DNA of 63,326 nucleotides, counting the filler, from Candidatus Woesearchaeota archaeon (lineage in GTDB: Archaea > Nanobdellota > Nanobdellia > Woesearchaeales > J072), in NCBI GenBank assembly GCA_003695265.1. It is 10 parts of 10 records of this genome, joined end to end, with 100 filler letters (N's around TTAATTAATTAA, not from the genome) between each part and the next. Parts side by side here need not be neighbours in the genome. Positions count along the whole stretch, not along the records: positions 1 to 13,409 come from RFII01000054.1; positions 13,510 to 21,424 come from RFII01000055.1; 8 more parts are not named here. One strand, given 5' to 3'. The translations under genes and the position numbers were made by a program. Position 1 is the first letter of the stretch. Each line of letters opens with the position of its first letter. The notes beneath the pieces were generated by a model. It was not told the DNA's origin, ran no database searches, and was given only the letters and a program-made list of their open reading frames with translations. Of this stretch, positions 9,816 through 18,912 are shown one piece after another.

Positions 9816-10667
9816 ATGATTGACGTTGATTTTCTTTCACAGCTGAAGAAGTTCAGCCTTATAGTAAACAAGAGAGTCACGTCCAGCTTTGTTGGAGAGA
9901 AAAAGTCGGAATACACGGGAAGAGGCCTTGTCATAAATGACTTCAGGCAGTATGTTCCCGGAGATGATTTCAGGACCATTGACTGGAAGATTTACGCGAG
10001 AACTGACGAATTGTTTGTCAAGAGGTTTGAGGAGGAGAGAAGCCTCACACTTCATGTATTGATTGATGTTAGCAAAAGCATGGATTATGGCACAGGAAAG
10101 ACAAAGTTTGAGTTCGCCTCAATGCTTGGCCTTGGCTTTGCTTATTTGTCAATGAGGGAAAACGAGAAGTTTCAGCTCTCAACTTTTTCAGATGACCTTG
10201 TGACTTTGCGCGCGAAGCGCGGCAGAAGCCAGGTAATGGGCTTCTTAGACCACCTTAATAAGGTAAAATGCCACAACATCGCTGATTTCTCGTCGATGAT
10301 GAAGCGCTACAAAAAATTCTTGAAATCAAAGTCCATGGTCATAATAATATCTGACTTCCTTTTTGATTTGGAGGAAATAAAAAAGTCTTTGTATTTGTTT
10401 AAGGACCATGAGTTGAAGGTCATTCAGGTTTTGGATAGGAGCGAGTCAGACTTCAATGTTGAGGGCAGCGTTGTTTTGGAGGATTCGGAAACGCATAAGA
10501 AAATAGAGACTTACATAAGCGCGAAGCTGAGAAAGGAGTACAGAGAAAGATTATATGATCATATAATGAGTATTCAGGAAGAATGTAAGAGGGTGGGCGG
10601 AAAGTTTTACTTATTCTCAACAGAGGAGCCTTTGTTTAATGCTTTTTACAGGATTCTTCATTCTTGA
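9816..10667 (+). CDS. DUF58 domain protein (MoxR-associated vWA-like)
   Basis: RQYVPGDDFRTIDWK, DVSKSM, IISDF. Confidence 0.92.
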   Translation: MIDVDFLSQLKKFSLIVNKRVTSSFVGEKKSEYTGRGLVINDFRQYVPGDDFRTIDWKIYARTDELFVKRFEEERSLTLHVLIDVSKSMDYGTGKTKFEFASMLGLGFAYLSMRENEKFQLSTFSDDLVTLRAKRGRSQVMGFLDHLNKVKCHNIADFSSMMKRYKKFLKSKSMVIIISDFLFDLEEIKKSLYLFKDHELKVIQVLDRSESDFNVEGSVVLEDSETHKKIETYISAKLRKEYRERLYDHIMSIQEECKRVGGKFYLFSTEEPLFNAFYRILHS

Positions 10668-11827
10668 TTAAGAGCGTAAACCCCCCTTCCAATCCTGACT
10701 ATTGAACCTGACTTTACCAACTTGGCAAGATACCTTGTTGGCCTAACGCCAAGCCTTTTATGTATTGCAGACTGCCTCATAGGGCCTTGCGCAAGCATTT
10801 CAATAATCTCAGCCTGTCTTTCAGCAGCGCTTTTCTGTTTTCCATGAGAACTAACTAAGTTGTACGCTTCCAACGCCCTTGGCAAGTTCTCTTCGTAGAT
10901 TGCCTTTCTAGCAATATAAGCCAGGGCGCTTCTATCCTCACTTAATGCGCTGAGGATTTTCGCTATGAACTCGTCATAAACTTTTCTGCCGCGGTGCTTG
11001 ATTGTTATCTCAGAGTATTTTACGCCGCCTTCCCAGGGAGAGCTTGTTGTCAGGAATCCCTTGTTTTCCAGCCTGCGCAGAACAGCCTGTACTGTTCTTC
11101 TTCTCTCTTCGGGTATTCCGAGGGCTTCCATGACATCGATGTAATTCTGCTCTTTTTCAACTCTGCTCATGTACAGCCCTATTCTCTCATACAAGTCCTG
11201 GTTCTTGTAGCCGCCGTTGTCTGATAGCCTCTTAGCTGATTTTCTTTTTCTCCACTTGTACTTTATCTGCCCTTTTTGTTCAGGATCAAAGGAGTGTAAT
11301 TGAATTAGGTCCAAATCATCAAAAGCCTTAAGCCTTTCAAGTATAGCTGAGCCTGCAATGCCAAGCTCTTCCTCTAAGTCCTTTCTCTGGGCGTGACCTT
11401 TTTCGCTTAGCAGCTGAAGTATTCTCACAGAGTTGTAAGGCCCGTCATTAACGTCCTGGCCTAGAAGGCTGTAAAGGCTTATGTCAAACTTGATTGGGAA
11501 ATACAATGCGAACCTCGCAATAGCAGGCATTATTTTTCTAGCCTCTGGCCTGAGCCTGTACTGCGTGATTGTTTTGCTTCCTTTCTCAATTTCGCGTGTC
11601 TCAACAAAAGGCTCGAGGGATGCCCTTCTCCTCTTTGCTGATTTAAGATGAGTGGATAATGATTTTGGATTTTTAGGAATCAAGCCTTCAAGGCCGAGAT
11701 CAACAGCTTCTTGATAAAGAGTCCAAGCGCTTTTGAAGTTATTATCTAATAAGAAGCCGAGCATAAGTGCCTTTAGCTCGGTGTTGATTGCGGAGAACGT
11801 TTGCCTAACAGTCTCATCAAGTCCCAT
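10658..11827 (-). CDS. Putative DNA-binding protein with multiple winged-HTH domains
   Basis: Several wHTH-like segments (RKDLEEELGIAGSAILERLKAF; VMEALGI...TVQAVLRRLENKG; YLAKLVKSGSIVRIGRGVYAL). Confidence 0.7.
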   Translation of the reverse strand: MGLDETVRQTFSAINTELKALMLGFLLDNNFKSAWTLYQEAVDLGLEGLIPKNPKSLSTHLKSAKRRRASLEPFVETREIEKGSKTITQYRLRPEARKIMPAIARFALYFPIKFDISLYSLLGQDVNDGPYNSVRILQLLSEKGHAQRKDLEEELGIAGSAILERLKAFDDLDLIQLHSFDPEQKGQIKYKWRKRKSAKRLSDNGGYKNQDLYERIGLYMSRVEKEQNYIDVMEALGIPEERRRTVQAVLRRLENKGFLTTSSPWEGGVKYSEITIKHRGRKVYDEFIAKILSALSEDRSALAYIARKAIYEENLPRALEAYNLVSSHGKQKSAAERQAEIIEMLAQGPMRQSAIHKRLGVRPTRYLAKLVKSGSIVRIGRGVYALNQE

Positions 11828-11924
11828 TCTGAAAAGAGTGCAACAACAAATATTTAAAACTATCTGTTAGTAGTAACAAGTTTAGTGCATTATATTTAAA
11901 TAAGATGGTTTGTTCTTCAGTAAA

Positions 11925-12872
11925 ATGCCGAAAGCAATTCCTAACAGGGAAGAAATTGAGATAAAAGAAAGGTTTGCCGAGCATTACAAAGCCCTGCTCG
12001 GCAAGGATTATGACAAGTTTATTGATTATTCGCTCTCATTTCTCAGAAGGTCAATAAGGGTTAACACCTTGAAAATAAGCGCTGAAGAAGTGATAAGAAG
12101 GCTAGGCAAAGAATGGATACTGACAGAAATACCATGGTGCAACATAGGATTCTGGGTTGAGCATAAGGAGGGCAGAAGAGACATTGGAAACACGATTGAG
12201 CACAGCTTGGGGTACATTTTCGTGCAAGAAGCAGCTTCTATGATTCCGCCTATTGTTCTGGACCCAAAGCCTGGAGAAACAGTCTTGGATATGTGCGCTG
12301 CTCCCGGAAGCAAGTCAACGCAGATAGCTGCTATGATGCAAAACAAAGGAATTCTTGTTTGTAATGATTACAGAGGAGACCGCTTGAAAGCATTGGGCAT
12401 AAACCTGCAGCGATGCGGGGTTTTGAATGCGGTCATAACCCTTATGGAAGGCCGCTTTTTCAAGGATGTTCAATTCGATAAAATCTTAGTGGATGCTCCG
12501 TGCTCTGGCACAGGAACTATAAGAAAAAGCCTTAAAACATTAAGGATTTGGAACCCAAACATGATTAAGAGGCTGGCAGGCACTCAAAAACAATTAATAT
12601 CAGCCGCGTTTAATGTTCTGAAGCCGGGAGGGACTCTTGTTTACTCAACCTGCTCTGTAGAGCCGGAGGAAAATGAGGGAGTAATTGATTATTTGCTTTC
12701 AACTTTTGACAATGCAAAGCTTGATGTGATAAACCTAAACATAAAAAAGTCAAAGCCAATAACTTCTTTTCAAGGAAAGAATTACAGCAAAGAGGTTGAG
12801 AAGTGCTTAAGGATCTGGCCTCAGGACAACGATACAGAAGGGTTTTTCGTAGCAAAAATAAGGAAAAATTGA
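11925..12872 (+). CDS. RsmB/NOP2-family RNA m5C methyltransferase
   Basis: QEAASMIP, DMCAAPGSKS, DAPCSG, YSTCS..PEENE, EGFFVA. Confidence 0.94.
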   Translation: MPKAIPNREEIEIKERFAEHYKALLGKDYDKFIDYSLSFLRRSIRVNTLKISAEEVIRRLGKEWILTEIPWCNIGFWVEHKEGRRDIGNTIEHSLGYIFVQEAASMIPPIVLDPKPGETVLDMCAAPGSKSTQIAAMMQNKGILVCNDYRGDRLKALGINLQRCGVLNAVITLMEGRFFKDVQFDKILVDAPCSGTGTIRKSLKTLRIWNPNMIKRLAGTQKQLISAAFNVLKPGGTLVYSTCSVEPEENEGVIDYLLSTFDNAKLDVINLNIKKSKPITSFQGKNYSKEVEKCLRIWPQDNDTEGFFVAKIRKN

Positions 12873-12917
12873 GAAAGACCAAAAAATTTAAATAATATAG
12901 TGTATTATATAGTTGCT

Positions 12918-13136
12918 ATGGCAACCACAATACAGGTAAGTGAGAAACTAGTAAAAGCCTTGAAAAACAGAAAAATGTATGACAAGGAAAGCTATGAAGA
13001 TATCATATGGGACTTGATAGAGGACACAATGGAATTATCAGAGGAGACAAAAAAACGCATAAAGCTTGCTGAAAAAGATGTTAAGGCAGGAAAAGTTTAC
13101 AGTCATGAGCAAATAAAGAAGAAACTGGGATTATAA
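12918..13136 (+). CDS. Antitoxin of a RelE-type toxin-antitoxin pair
   Basis: MATTIQVS..L...L..K....ESYEDIIWDL RHH-like N-terminus; C-terminal DVKAGKVYSHEQIKKKLGL; directly upstream of RelE. Confidence 0.8.
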   Translation: MATTIQVSEKLVKALKNRKMYDKESYEDIIWDLIEDTMELSEETKKRIKLAEKDVKAGKVYSHEQIKKKLGL

Positions 13137-13160
13137 GTTTGCAGCAACTGGTGATTTTTA

Positions 13161-13409
13161 ATGTACACATTGATTTATACTGAAGAATTCTTTAAACAGA
13201 TTAAGAAATTAAATAAAAACACGCAGAGAAGAATAATATCAACTCTTGAAAGGATAAGAATAAGGCCATTTTCCCACATCAAAAAATTGGTAGGAAGCCC
13301 TTACTTCAGACTAAGAGTAGGAAACTATAGGGTTATTCTTGACATAAAAAAGGACAAGCTAATAATTTACGTACTAGAAGTAGGCCACAGGAGAAGCATT
13401 TACAAATAA
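13161..13409 (+). CDS. relE: RelE/ParE-family toxin
   Basis: KKLVG..YFRLRVGNYRVI....VLEVGHRRSIY. Confidence 0.9.
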   Translation: MYTLIYTEEFFKQIKKLNKNTQRRIISTLERIRIRPFSHIKKLVGSPYFRLRVGNYRVILDIKKDKLIIYVLEVGHRRSIYK

Positions 13410-13509
13410 NNNNNNNNNNNNNNNNNNNNNNNNNNNNNNNNNNNNNNNNNNNNTTAATTAATTAANNNNNNNNNNNNNNNNNNNNNNNNNNNNNNNNNNN
13501 NNNNNNNNN
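13410..13509. other. Artificial contig linker
   Basis: 100 nt of N with central TTAATTAATTAA (stops in all six frames). Confidence 0.99.
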
Positions 13510-13515
13510 TAAAAT

Positions 13516-13539
13516 TTTTTAGTCCCACCCCGCACCACC
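13516..13539. repeat. Dispersed C-rich intergenic motif, copy 2
   Basis: TTTTTAGTCCCACCCCGCACCACC at a contig end; matches 1522-1545. Confidence 0.55.
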
Positions 13540-13630
13540 TTAACAACTAAGAATTATCACAATTAATTTAACTTAAGCTGTTTTTGGAAAGGTTTTTTAA
13601 TTAATTACTGTATACATAAATATCTTAACA

Positions 13631-14497
13631 ATGAAAAAGGACTTGCTCGAAAAGGCCAGTATTTTTCTTCTTAGGAAAGGTTACACTGTGAAAACTCTTA
13701 CTAGGACTTGCTTTGACATTGTTGCAAGAAAGGACGAGGTTATCCTGCTGATAAACATTCTTGAAGATGCTAATGGTATTACTAACGAAGCAGCTGATGA
13801 AATGAGGCGGCTGAGTTCCTGGCTTAAGGCAAGCCCCATAATCATCGCAGAAAAAGCTGGTGAGCCTTTGCTCGACAATGTAGTTTATTCTCGCTTCGGA
13901 ATTTACGCTGTTAACCTAACCACTTTCAAGAACTGCGAGGAGAGAAAATTCCCTTTTGTTATGCGGAGTAAGGCAGGCTTAACAGCCCACCTCATAGGCA
14001 ACAAGATGCGTGAGAAGCGCCAGGAGCTTGACATCTCACTAAACACCTTGGCAAAAAGGCTTGGTGTGAGCAGGAGAATGGTAGCCAAGTATGAAAGCGG
14101 CAATTCTGAAATTCTTGTGAACAAGGCTGAAAGGCTTTACGACATTATTGGCAGCAGTGTTTTTGAACGAATAAACATATTCAAGGTACCTTCCCAAGAA
14201 ATGACTAGCGTCAAAAGTGACATAACAAAAAAGTTTGATGACCTGGGCTTTAACTCAACACAAACTAAAAAAGTTCCGTTCAGCGTGATTGCAAAGAAGA
14301 AAAAAGAGCTTGTCTTCACAGAGGTAGGAGACAAGACAAGCCCAAACCTGCCGGCGCTCTCAAAATTATTGGAGGCAGACAGCTTGGTCATATTCAAGAA
14401 GAAAAAGCCAAAGAACATTCCTGCACTTACAAAAGAGGAATTCTTCGAGTTTGAGAAAGCAAACGAGCTTATAAAATTCTTAAAGGAGTTCGAGTAA
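13631..14497 (+). CDS. Archaeal conserved XRE/cro-HTH transcriptional regulator
   Basis: CFDIVARK N-terminal domain; central HTH SLNTLAKRLGVSRRMVAKYE. Confidence 0.85.
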   Translation: MKKDLLEKASIFLLRKGYTVKTLTRTCFDIVARKDEVILLINILEDANGITNEAADEMRRLSSWLKASPIIIAEKAGEPLLDNVVYSRFGIYAVNLTTFKNCEERKFPFVMRSKAGLTAHLIGNKMREKRQELDISLNTLAKRLGVSRRMVAKYESGNSEILVNKAERLYDIIGSSVFERINIFKVPSQEMTSVKSDITKKFDDLGFNSTQTKKVPFSVIAKKKKELVFTEVGDKTSPNLPALSKLLEADSLVIFKKKKPKNIPALTKEEFFEFEKANELIKFLKEFE

Positions 14498-14579
14498 ACA
14501 TTTATATAAAAAAATTTATATATTAATCATTAATAAATCTCTTTCAATAAATCAAACTATCATAAAAAAGGTGGTTTTT

Positions 14580-15011
14580 ATGAATATTGAGCTTAATATT
14601 AACAGAAAATTTGTTTATTTTCTAGTGTTTTTAGCTGCTTTGGGCATAACTATTGCTGTTGATTATAACCAAGGTTGGCATTCCTATTCTCAAGTTGAAC
14701 TTCCTTCTGGTGGTGCTGTCTGGCCAGGATTAAACGCTGACAAACTGGATGGTCTTGATTCAAGTGATTTTGGCAGTACTTTAGAATGTGATACTTTAGC
14801 AGGCACACCAGGAACAAGCTATCAAACTTTTGAGGATTTTGTCAAATCGATGTGGGGACCTGAATGGACTTGTGTTTCTGTTATTTATGACACTACAGGT
14901 TGTCCTCTTGGGGATTACATGAATTACAGGCCTATGGGTTGTGATGAAAACATACCTGGATATATCTCTCCAACTTATTGTTATATTGTCAGAGGATGTA
15001 GAGTAGCATAA
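14580..15011 (+). CDS. Membrane-anchored or secreted Cys-rich surface protein
   Basis: N-terminal hydrophobic helix; GLNADKLDGLDSSDF motif; six Cys in the C-terminal domain. Confidence 0.7.
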   Translation: MNIELNINRKFVYFLVFLAALGITIAVDYNQGWHSYSQVELPSGGAVWPGLNADKLDGLDSSDFGSTLECDTLAGTPGTSYQTFEDFVKSMWGPEWTCVSVIYDTTGCPLGDYMNYRPMGCDENIPGYISPTYCYIVRGCRVA

Positions 15012-15012
15012 A

Positions 15013-15537
15013 CTAAGGTGTGTACCTTATTATAGGCACCTGGTCAAACCAGTAAGTGCGGCCTTTTTTCAGCTTTTCAGGCAGAAAAATGTTGTTGTAA
15101 ATGAAGATTTCACCTTTAAACTCTCTCATTATCTTCTCCTCAAACTCTTTCTCAAACCTCTTGTCAGGGTACATAAAAATAAAATCATATTTTGAAAGGT
15201 CATGTGACAAGAAGTCTTCATTGACAAAGTTTGCTTTTGAGCCGAGCCTTTTTTTCATGTCATTTGCTATGCCAAAAAGCTTTTCGTCTGACTCGACTCC
15301 TGTGGCTTTTGTGAACAGGGCAGCGAGAATTGTGATGCGGCCGTCACCGCTTCCCAAATCAGCGAAATGCCTGAACCTGCTAAGATCAATCTTATTAAAC
15401 AGCTCAAACATCGCGATGAGGTTGGAAGTGCCCCAAAACCCATCCTTTGTTTGGCGCATAGGTAACTGCCCATTCCTTATCAAGTTCTGCTCGAACTCCT
15501 GATATGCCTGGTGCAATTCTCTGAATTTTCCCCTCAT
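15013..15537 (-). CDS. Class I SAM-dependent methyltransferase
   Basis: Motif I FADLGSGDGR; GVE; DF; DFIFMYPD. Confidence 0.85.
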   Translation of the reverse strand: MRGKFRELHQAYQEFEQNLIRNGQLPMRQTKDGFWGTSNLIAMFELFNKIDLSRFRHFADLGSGDGRITILAALFTKATGVESDEKLFGIANDMKKRLGSKANFVNEDFLSHDLSKYDFIFMYPDKRFEKEFEEKIMREFKGEIFIYNNIFLPEKLKKGRTYWFDQVPIIRYTP

Positions 15538-15666
15538 ACTCTTTTATTTTATTTTTTGAATTATAAAAGCTTTAACCGAAATCTTTATATAGAACCAGTT
15601 ATTCATTTTTTCCAATATTTTTTGAGATTTTGAGAATTTTTAAAAATTTTTGGGGGTTGGCAAAAA

Positions 15667-17313
15667 ATGACAAACCAAGTACAACCAATATTTATATTGC
15701 CTGAAAACACTCAAAGAACTTCTGGAAAAAACGCTCAGCGCACAAATATCATGGCTGCGAAAATGGTGGCTGAGACAGTCAGAACAACTCTCGGCCCAAA
15801 GGGGATGGACAAAATGCTTGTTGACAGCCTTGGAGATGTTGTTGTTACTAATGACGGAGCAACAATCCTTAAGGAAATGAACATCGAGCATCCGAGCGCT
15901 AAGATGATTGTTGAAATAGCAAAAACGCAGGAAGATGAGGTTGGTGATGGCACGACAACAGCAGTAGTTATTGCAGGTGAGCTCTTAAAAAAGGCAGAAG
16001 ACCTCCTTGACCAAGAGATTCACCCAACAGTCCTGGCAAAAGGTTACAGAATAGCAGCCGAGAAAGCCAACTCAGTCCTTAATGAAATGGCTGTCAAGGT
16101 AACTGATAAAGATACCAAAATCCTAAAAAACATTGCCTTGACTGCGATGACAGGAAAAGGCGCGGAATCATCAAAAGAGCTTCTAGGTGACTTAACTGTT
16201 GAAGCTGTCAGGACAGTTACTGAGGACAACAACGGAGAATTAATCATTGATTCTGACAATATTAAAATTGAAAAAAAAGTCGGCGCAAGCGTTGAGGACT
16301 CTGAACTAGTTGCTGGCATAATCCTTGACAAGGAAAAAGTCCATGCTGGAATGCCACGCATGGTAAAAAACGCAAAAATCGCTTTAATCGACTCTGCTAT
16401 AGAAGTCAAAAGCACAGAATCAGATGCTAAAATAAACATAAGCGACCCGGAAAAAATGCAGGCCTTCATTGACATGGAGGAAAACATGCTCAAGGATATG
16501 GTAGAAAAAATTGCGAAAACAGGAGCAACAGTAGTTTTCTGCCAGAAAGGAATTGATGACATGGCGCAACACTACCTAGCAAAAAAAGGTATTTACGCGT
16601 GCAGACGCGTCAAGAAATCAGATATGGAAAAACTCTCAAGGGCTACGGGAGGAAAAATAATAACAAACCTTGACGACTTAACACCAAATGACCTTGGGAA
16701 CGCAGGCATTGTTGAGGAGAAAAAAGTCGGCGATGAAGAAATGACCTATGTTAAGGAATGCAAGAACCCAAAAGCAGTAACTATTCTAATAAGAGGAGGC
16801 ACAGAGCACGTTGTTGATGAAGTCAAGAGAGCAATGGAAGACGCCATAGGAGATGTTGCATCTGCACTTAAAAGAGGTAAGGTTGTTGCAGGGGCAGGCT
16901 CCCCAGAGATTGAGCTTGCAAAAAAACTAAGGGATTACGCAAATTCGCTTTCAGGAAGAGAACAATTAGCAGTTCAAGCCTTTGCGGATGCTATTGAAAT
17001 AATACCAAGAACTCTTGCCGAGAACGCCGGCTTAGACCCTATTGATATACTTACTGAAATGAAAGCAGCCCACGACAAGGGAAAACAATGGGCAGGAATA
17101 GATGTTTTCTCAGGCAAAATAATTGATGCTTGGAAAGAAGGCATTGTTGAGCCACTCATGATTAAGACTCAGGCAGTAAGCTCGGCAGCAGAAGTGGCAG
17201 TAATGATATTAAGGATTGATGACGTTATTGCTTCAAGCTCGTCAAGCAGCGGAGAATCATCCAACATGCCATCAGGAATGAGCGGCGGTATGGGCGGAAT
17301 GCCACCAATGTGA
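15667..17313 (+). CDS. thsA: Thermosome subunit (group II chaperonin)
   Basis: [38 protein letters not shown] tail. Confidence 0.97.
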   Translation: MTNQVQPIFILPENTQRTSGKNAQRTNIMAAKMVAETVRTTLGPKGMDKMLVDSLGDVVVTNDGATILKEMNIEHPSAKMIVEIAKTQEDEVGDGTTTAVVIAGELLKKAEDLLDQEIHPTVLAKGYRIAAEKANSVLNEMAVKVTDKDTKILKNIALTAMTGKGAESSKELLGDLTVEAVRTVTEDNNGELIIDSDNIKIEKKVGASVEDSELVAGIILDKEKVHAGMPRMVKNAKIALIDSAIEVKSTESDAKINISDPEKMQAFIDMEENMLKDMVEKIAKTGATVVFCQKGIDDMAQHYLAKKGIYACRRVKKSDMEKLSRATGGKIITNLDDLTPNDLGNAGIVEEKKVGDEEMTYVKECKNPKAVTILIRGGTEHVVDEVKRAMEDAIGDVASALKRGKVVAGAGSPEIELAKKLRDYANSLSGREQLAVQAFADAIEIIPRTLAENAGLDPIDILTEMKAAHDKGKQWAGIDVFSGKIIDAWKEGIVEPLMIKTQAVSSAAEVAVMILRIDDVIASSSSSSGESSNMPSGMSGGMGGMPPM

Positions 17314-17368
17314 CAATAATTTTTTTCACTTAAAATATTTTTTATCCCTCATTTTTAGGTTTCTAAGC

Positions 17369-17404
17369 TTTGTAAATGCGTTGCATTTACAAAACATTTA
17401 TATA
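17369..17404 (+). promoter_or_regulatory. Perfect 11-bp inverted repeat abutting a TATA box
   Basis: TTTGTAAATGC-GTT-GCATTTACAAA (17369-17393) followed by ACATTTATATA. Confidence 0.5.
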
Positions 17405-17470
17405 GGAATTTCATTTAGTTTTTATTAAGTATCATAATAAATACTTTAATAAAAAAAGACGGTGATCCTT

Positions 17471-18058
17471 ATGGTTGAAGAAGATTACGAACTCTTTCCT
17501 CGTAGGGAAATCGAAAAATTAAAGGAAGAAGTGGAGCTTCTCAAGAGAAATCCTATAGGAACAACGCCTGTTGGGAAAGATCTTTTGTCTTCTGTTGAGC
17601 AGTTGAATTCCAGCATAAACAACATGCTTGAATTGTTTAAGAACGCTGCTGATCAGATGAAGTTTGAGGAGAAAGAAAAAACAGATTCTGCTGCGAGAAT
17701 CAAAGAGCTTGAAGAAAAACTGGACAAAATAATTGACCAAAATTATAAGATAGCTGAGGGCGTCGTTGCAATAGCTGACATGGTAAAAGAGATGAAAAAA
17801 AAGCCAATTCCTAAACCAGTCAGCCATCCTAAGCCGATTCCACCAGCCAGCCCTTCTCCTTTAGGACCAACGCCTGTAGGACCTTCTCCAAGCCCGCCTC
17901 CTTTAGGAACTCCTCCAACAGGCCTTGATTTTCCTCCTCCTTTAGGAACAGCGCCTAATCCTCTAGGTCCTGCTCCACCGCCTCCTCCACCAGCTCCAAG
18001 CATCATGCCACCTCCAAAGCCTGAGAAAAAGGGGTTTTTCGGGAAATTTAAGAAGTAA
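17471..18058 (+). CDS. Coiled-coil protein with polyproline region and amphipathic C-terminus
   Basis: GGTGAT RBS; heptads; Pro-rich segment; ends EKKGFFGKFKK. Confidence 0.8.
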   Translation: MVEEDYELFPRREIEKLKEEVELLKRNPIGTTPVGKDLLSSVEQLNSSINNMLELFKNAADQMKFEEKEKTDSAARIKELEEKLDKIIDQNYKIAEGVVAIADMVKEMKKKPIPKPVSHPKPIPPASPSPLGPTPVGPSPSPPPLGTPPTGLDFPPPLGTAPNPLGPAPPPPPPAPSIMPPPKPEKKGFFGKFKK

Positions 18059-18069
18059 GCTGAGTAAGA

Positions 18070-18633
18070 ATGGAATCTGCAGACCCTAAAATATTCTTCA
18101 AAAGCATATTATTAGCAACAAAAAAATTACAGGAACGAGACCAAGCAAGAGAGAATCTTGAGACCCAGTTAAAAACAGTTAAAAGTTTGAAGCTGAAGAA
18201 AGATGCTCAGAAACAACTCCTAGAACTTGAGAGAAGGATGTACGAGCTCATTGCAAAAGAAAAGGAATTCAAGTTTGGGTTTGAGCACAGCGAAACAATA
18301 AAAAAACTTAAAGAAAGGGTTTCTGAACTTGAAAAACAACACATAGAAAACGTTAATAAAATAAAATACTTAAAAGAAAAATTAAACGAGTTCGAGTCTT
18401 CAGAGAAAAGGACTGTTAGGAAAATCGCCCAGCGCGAACGCCTAATCGAGAGCGAAGTGAAAATAAGTCATGAGGAAATAACTGCTATCGAGGGCAAACT
18501 TAAAAAGCTTGAGGCCATGCTAAAAAAAGCAGAAAAAAAAGGTTCAAAAAAAGACATTGAGGCACTGAAAAAAAGGATTGCTTACTCGAAAAGGAAATTA
18601 ACGCGATTAAAAAAGAAACTTAAGAAATCTTAA
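18070..18633 (+). CDS. Basic coiled-coil hypothetical protein
   Basis: 187-aa K/E/L-rich ORF starting 11 nt after the previous stop. Confidence 0.75.
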   Translation: MESADPKIFFKSILLATKKLQERDQARENLETQLKTVKSLKLKKDAQKQLLELERRMYELIAKEKEFKFGFEHSETIKKLKERVSELEKQHIENVNKIKYLKEKLNEFESSEKRTVRKIAQRERLIESEVKISHEEITAIEGKLKKLEAMLKKAEKKGSKKDIEALKKRIAYSKRKLTRLKKKLKKS

Positions 18634-18800
18634 AGATCTTTTGCCATAACAGTCCTTCTTCCGTTGGCTTTGGCCCTTTCTATAGCTTCTTTAATGAGGT
18701 CTTTCACTTTTGCGTCAAGCGCTTCTATAAAATCGCTTGCCACGTTGAATTCTCCTGTCGCTTCCTTTATCTTCGCCTTTACTATTATCATATCAACCAT
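18630..18800 (-). CDS. Short non-nucleosomal histone-fold protein (DUF1931 / face-to-face / bacterial-histone-like), 56 aa
   Basis: Not in ORF track; manual translation MVDMIIVKAKIKEATGEFNVASDFIEALDAKVKDLIKEAIERAKANGRRTVMAKDL; AGGTGG RBS; RxTxxxxD motif. Confidence 0.85.
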   Translation of the reverse strand: MVDMIIVKAKIKEATGEFNVASDFIEALDAKVKDLIKEAIERAKANGRRTVMAKDL

Positions 18801-18912
18801 TGCTAACCACCTTTAATGATTAAAACCCCTTTGGCTTGTGCTTGATTTTTTTTATGAGATGACTCATATTTAAATTTTTTGGTTAAGCTTTCTGGCGCGG
18901 CATTTAAAAGAA

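Noticed and set aside
12918..13409. RelBE-type pair as a marker of a mobile element
   Set aside because: No integrase, att site or other cargo visible; the contig ends at the toxin stop codon
17743..18006. Gly-rich minus-strand ORF, and a similar (GV)n ORF at 46428-46625
   Set aside because: Antisense shadows of proline-rich coding sequence
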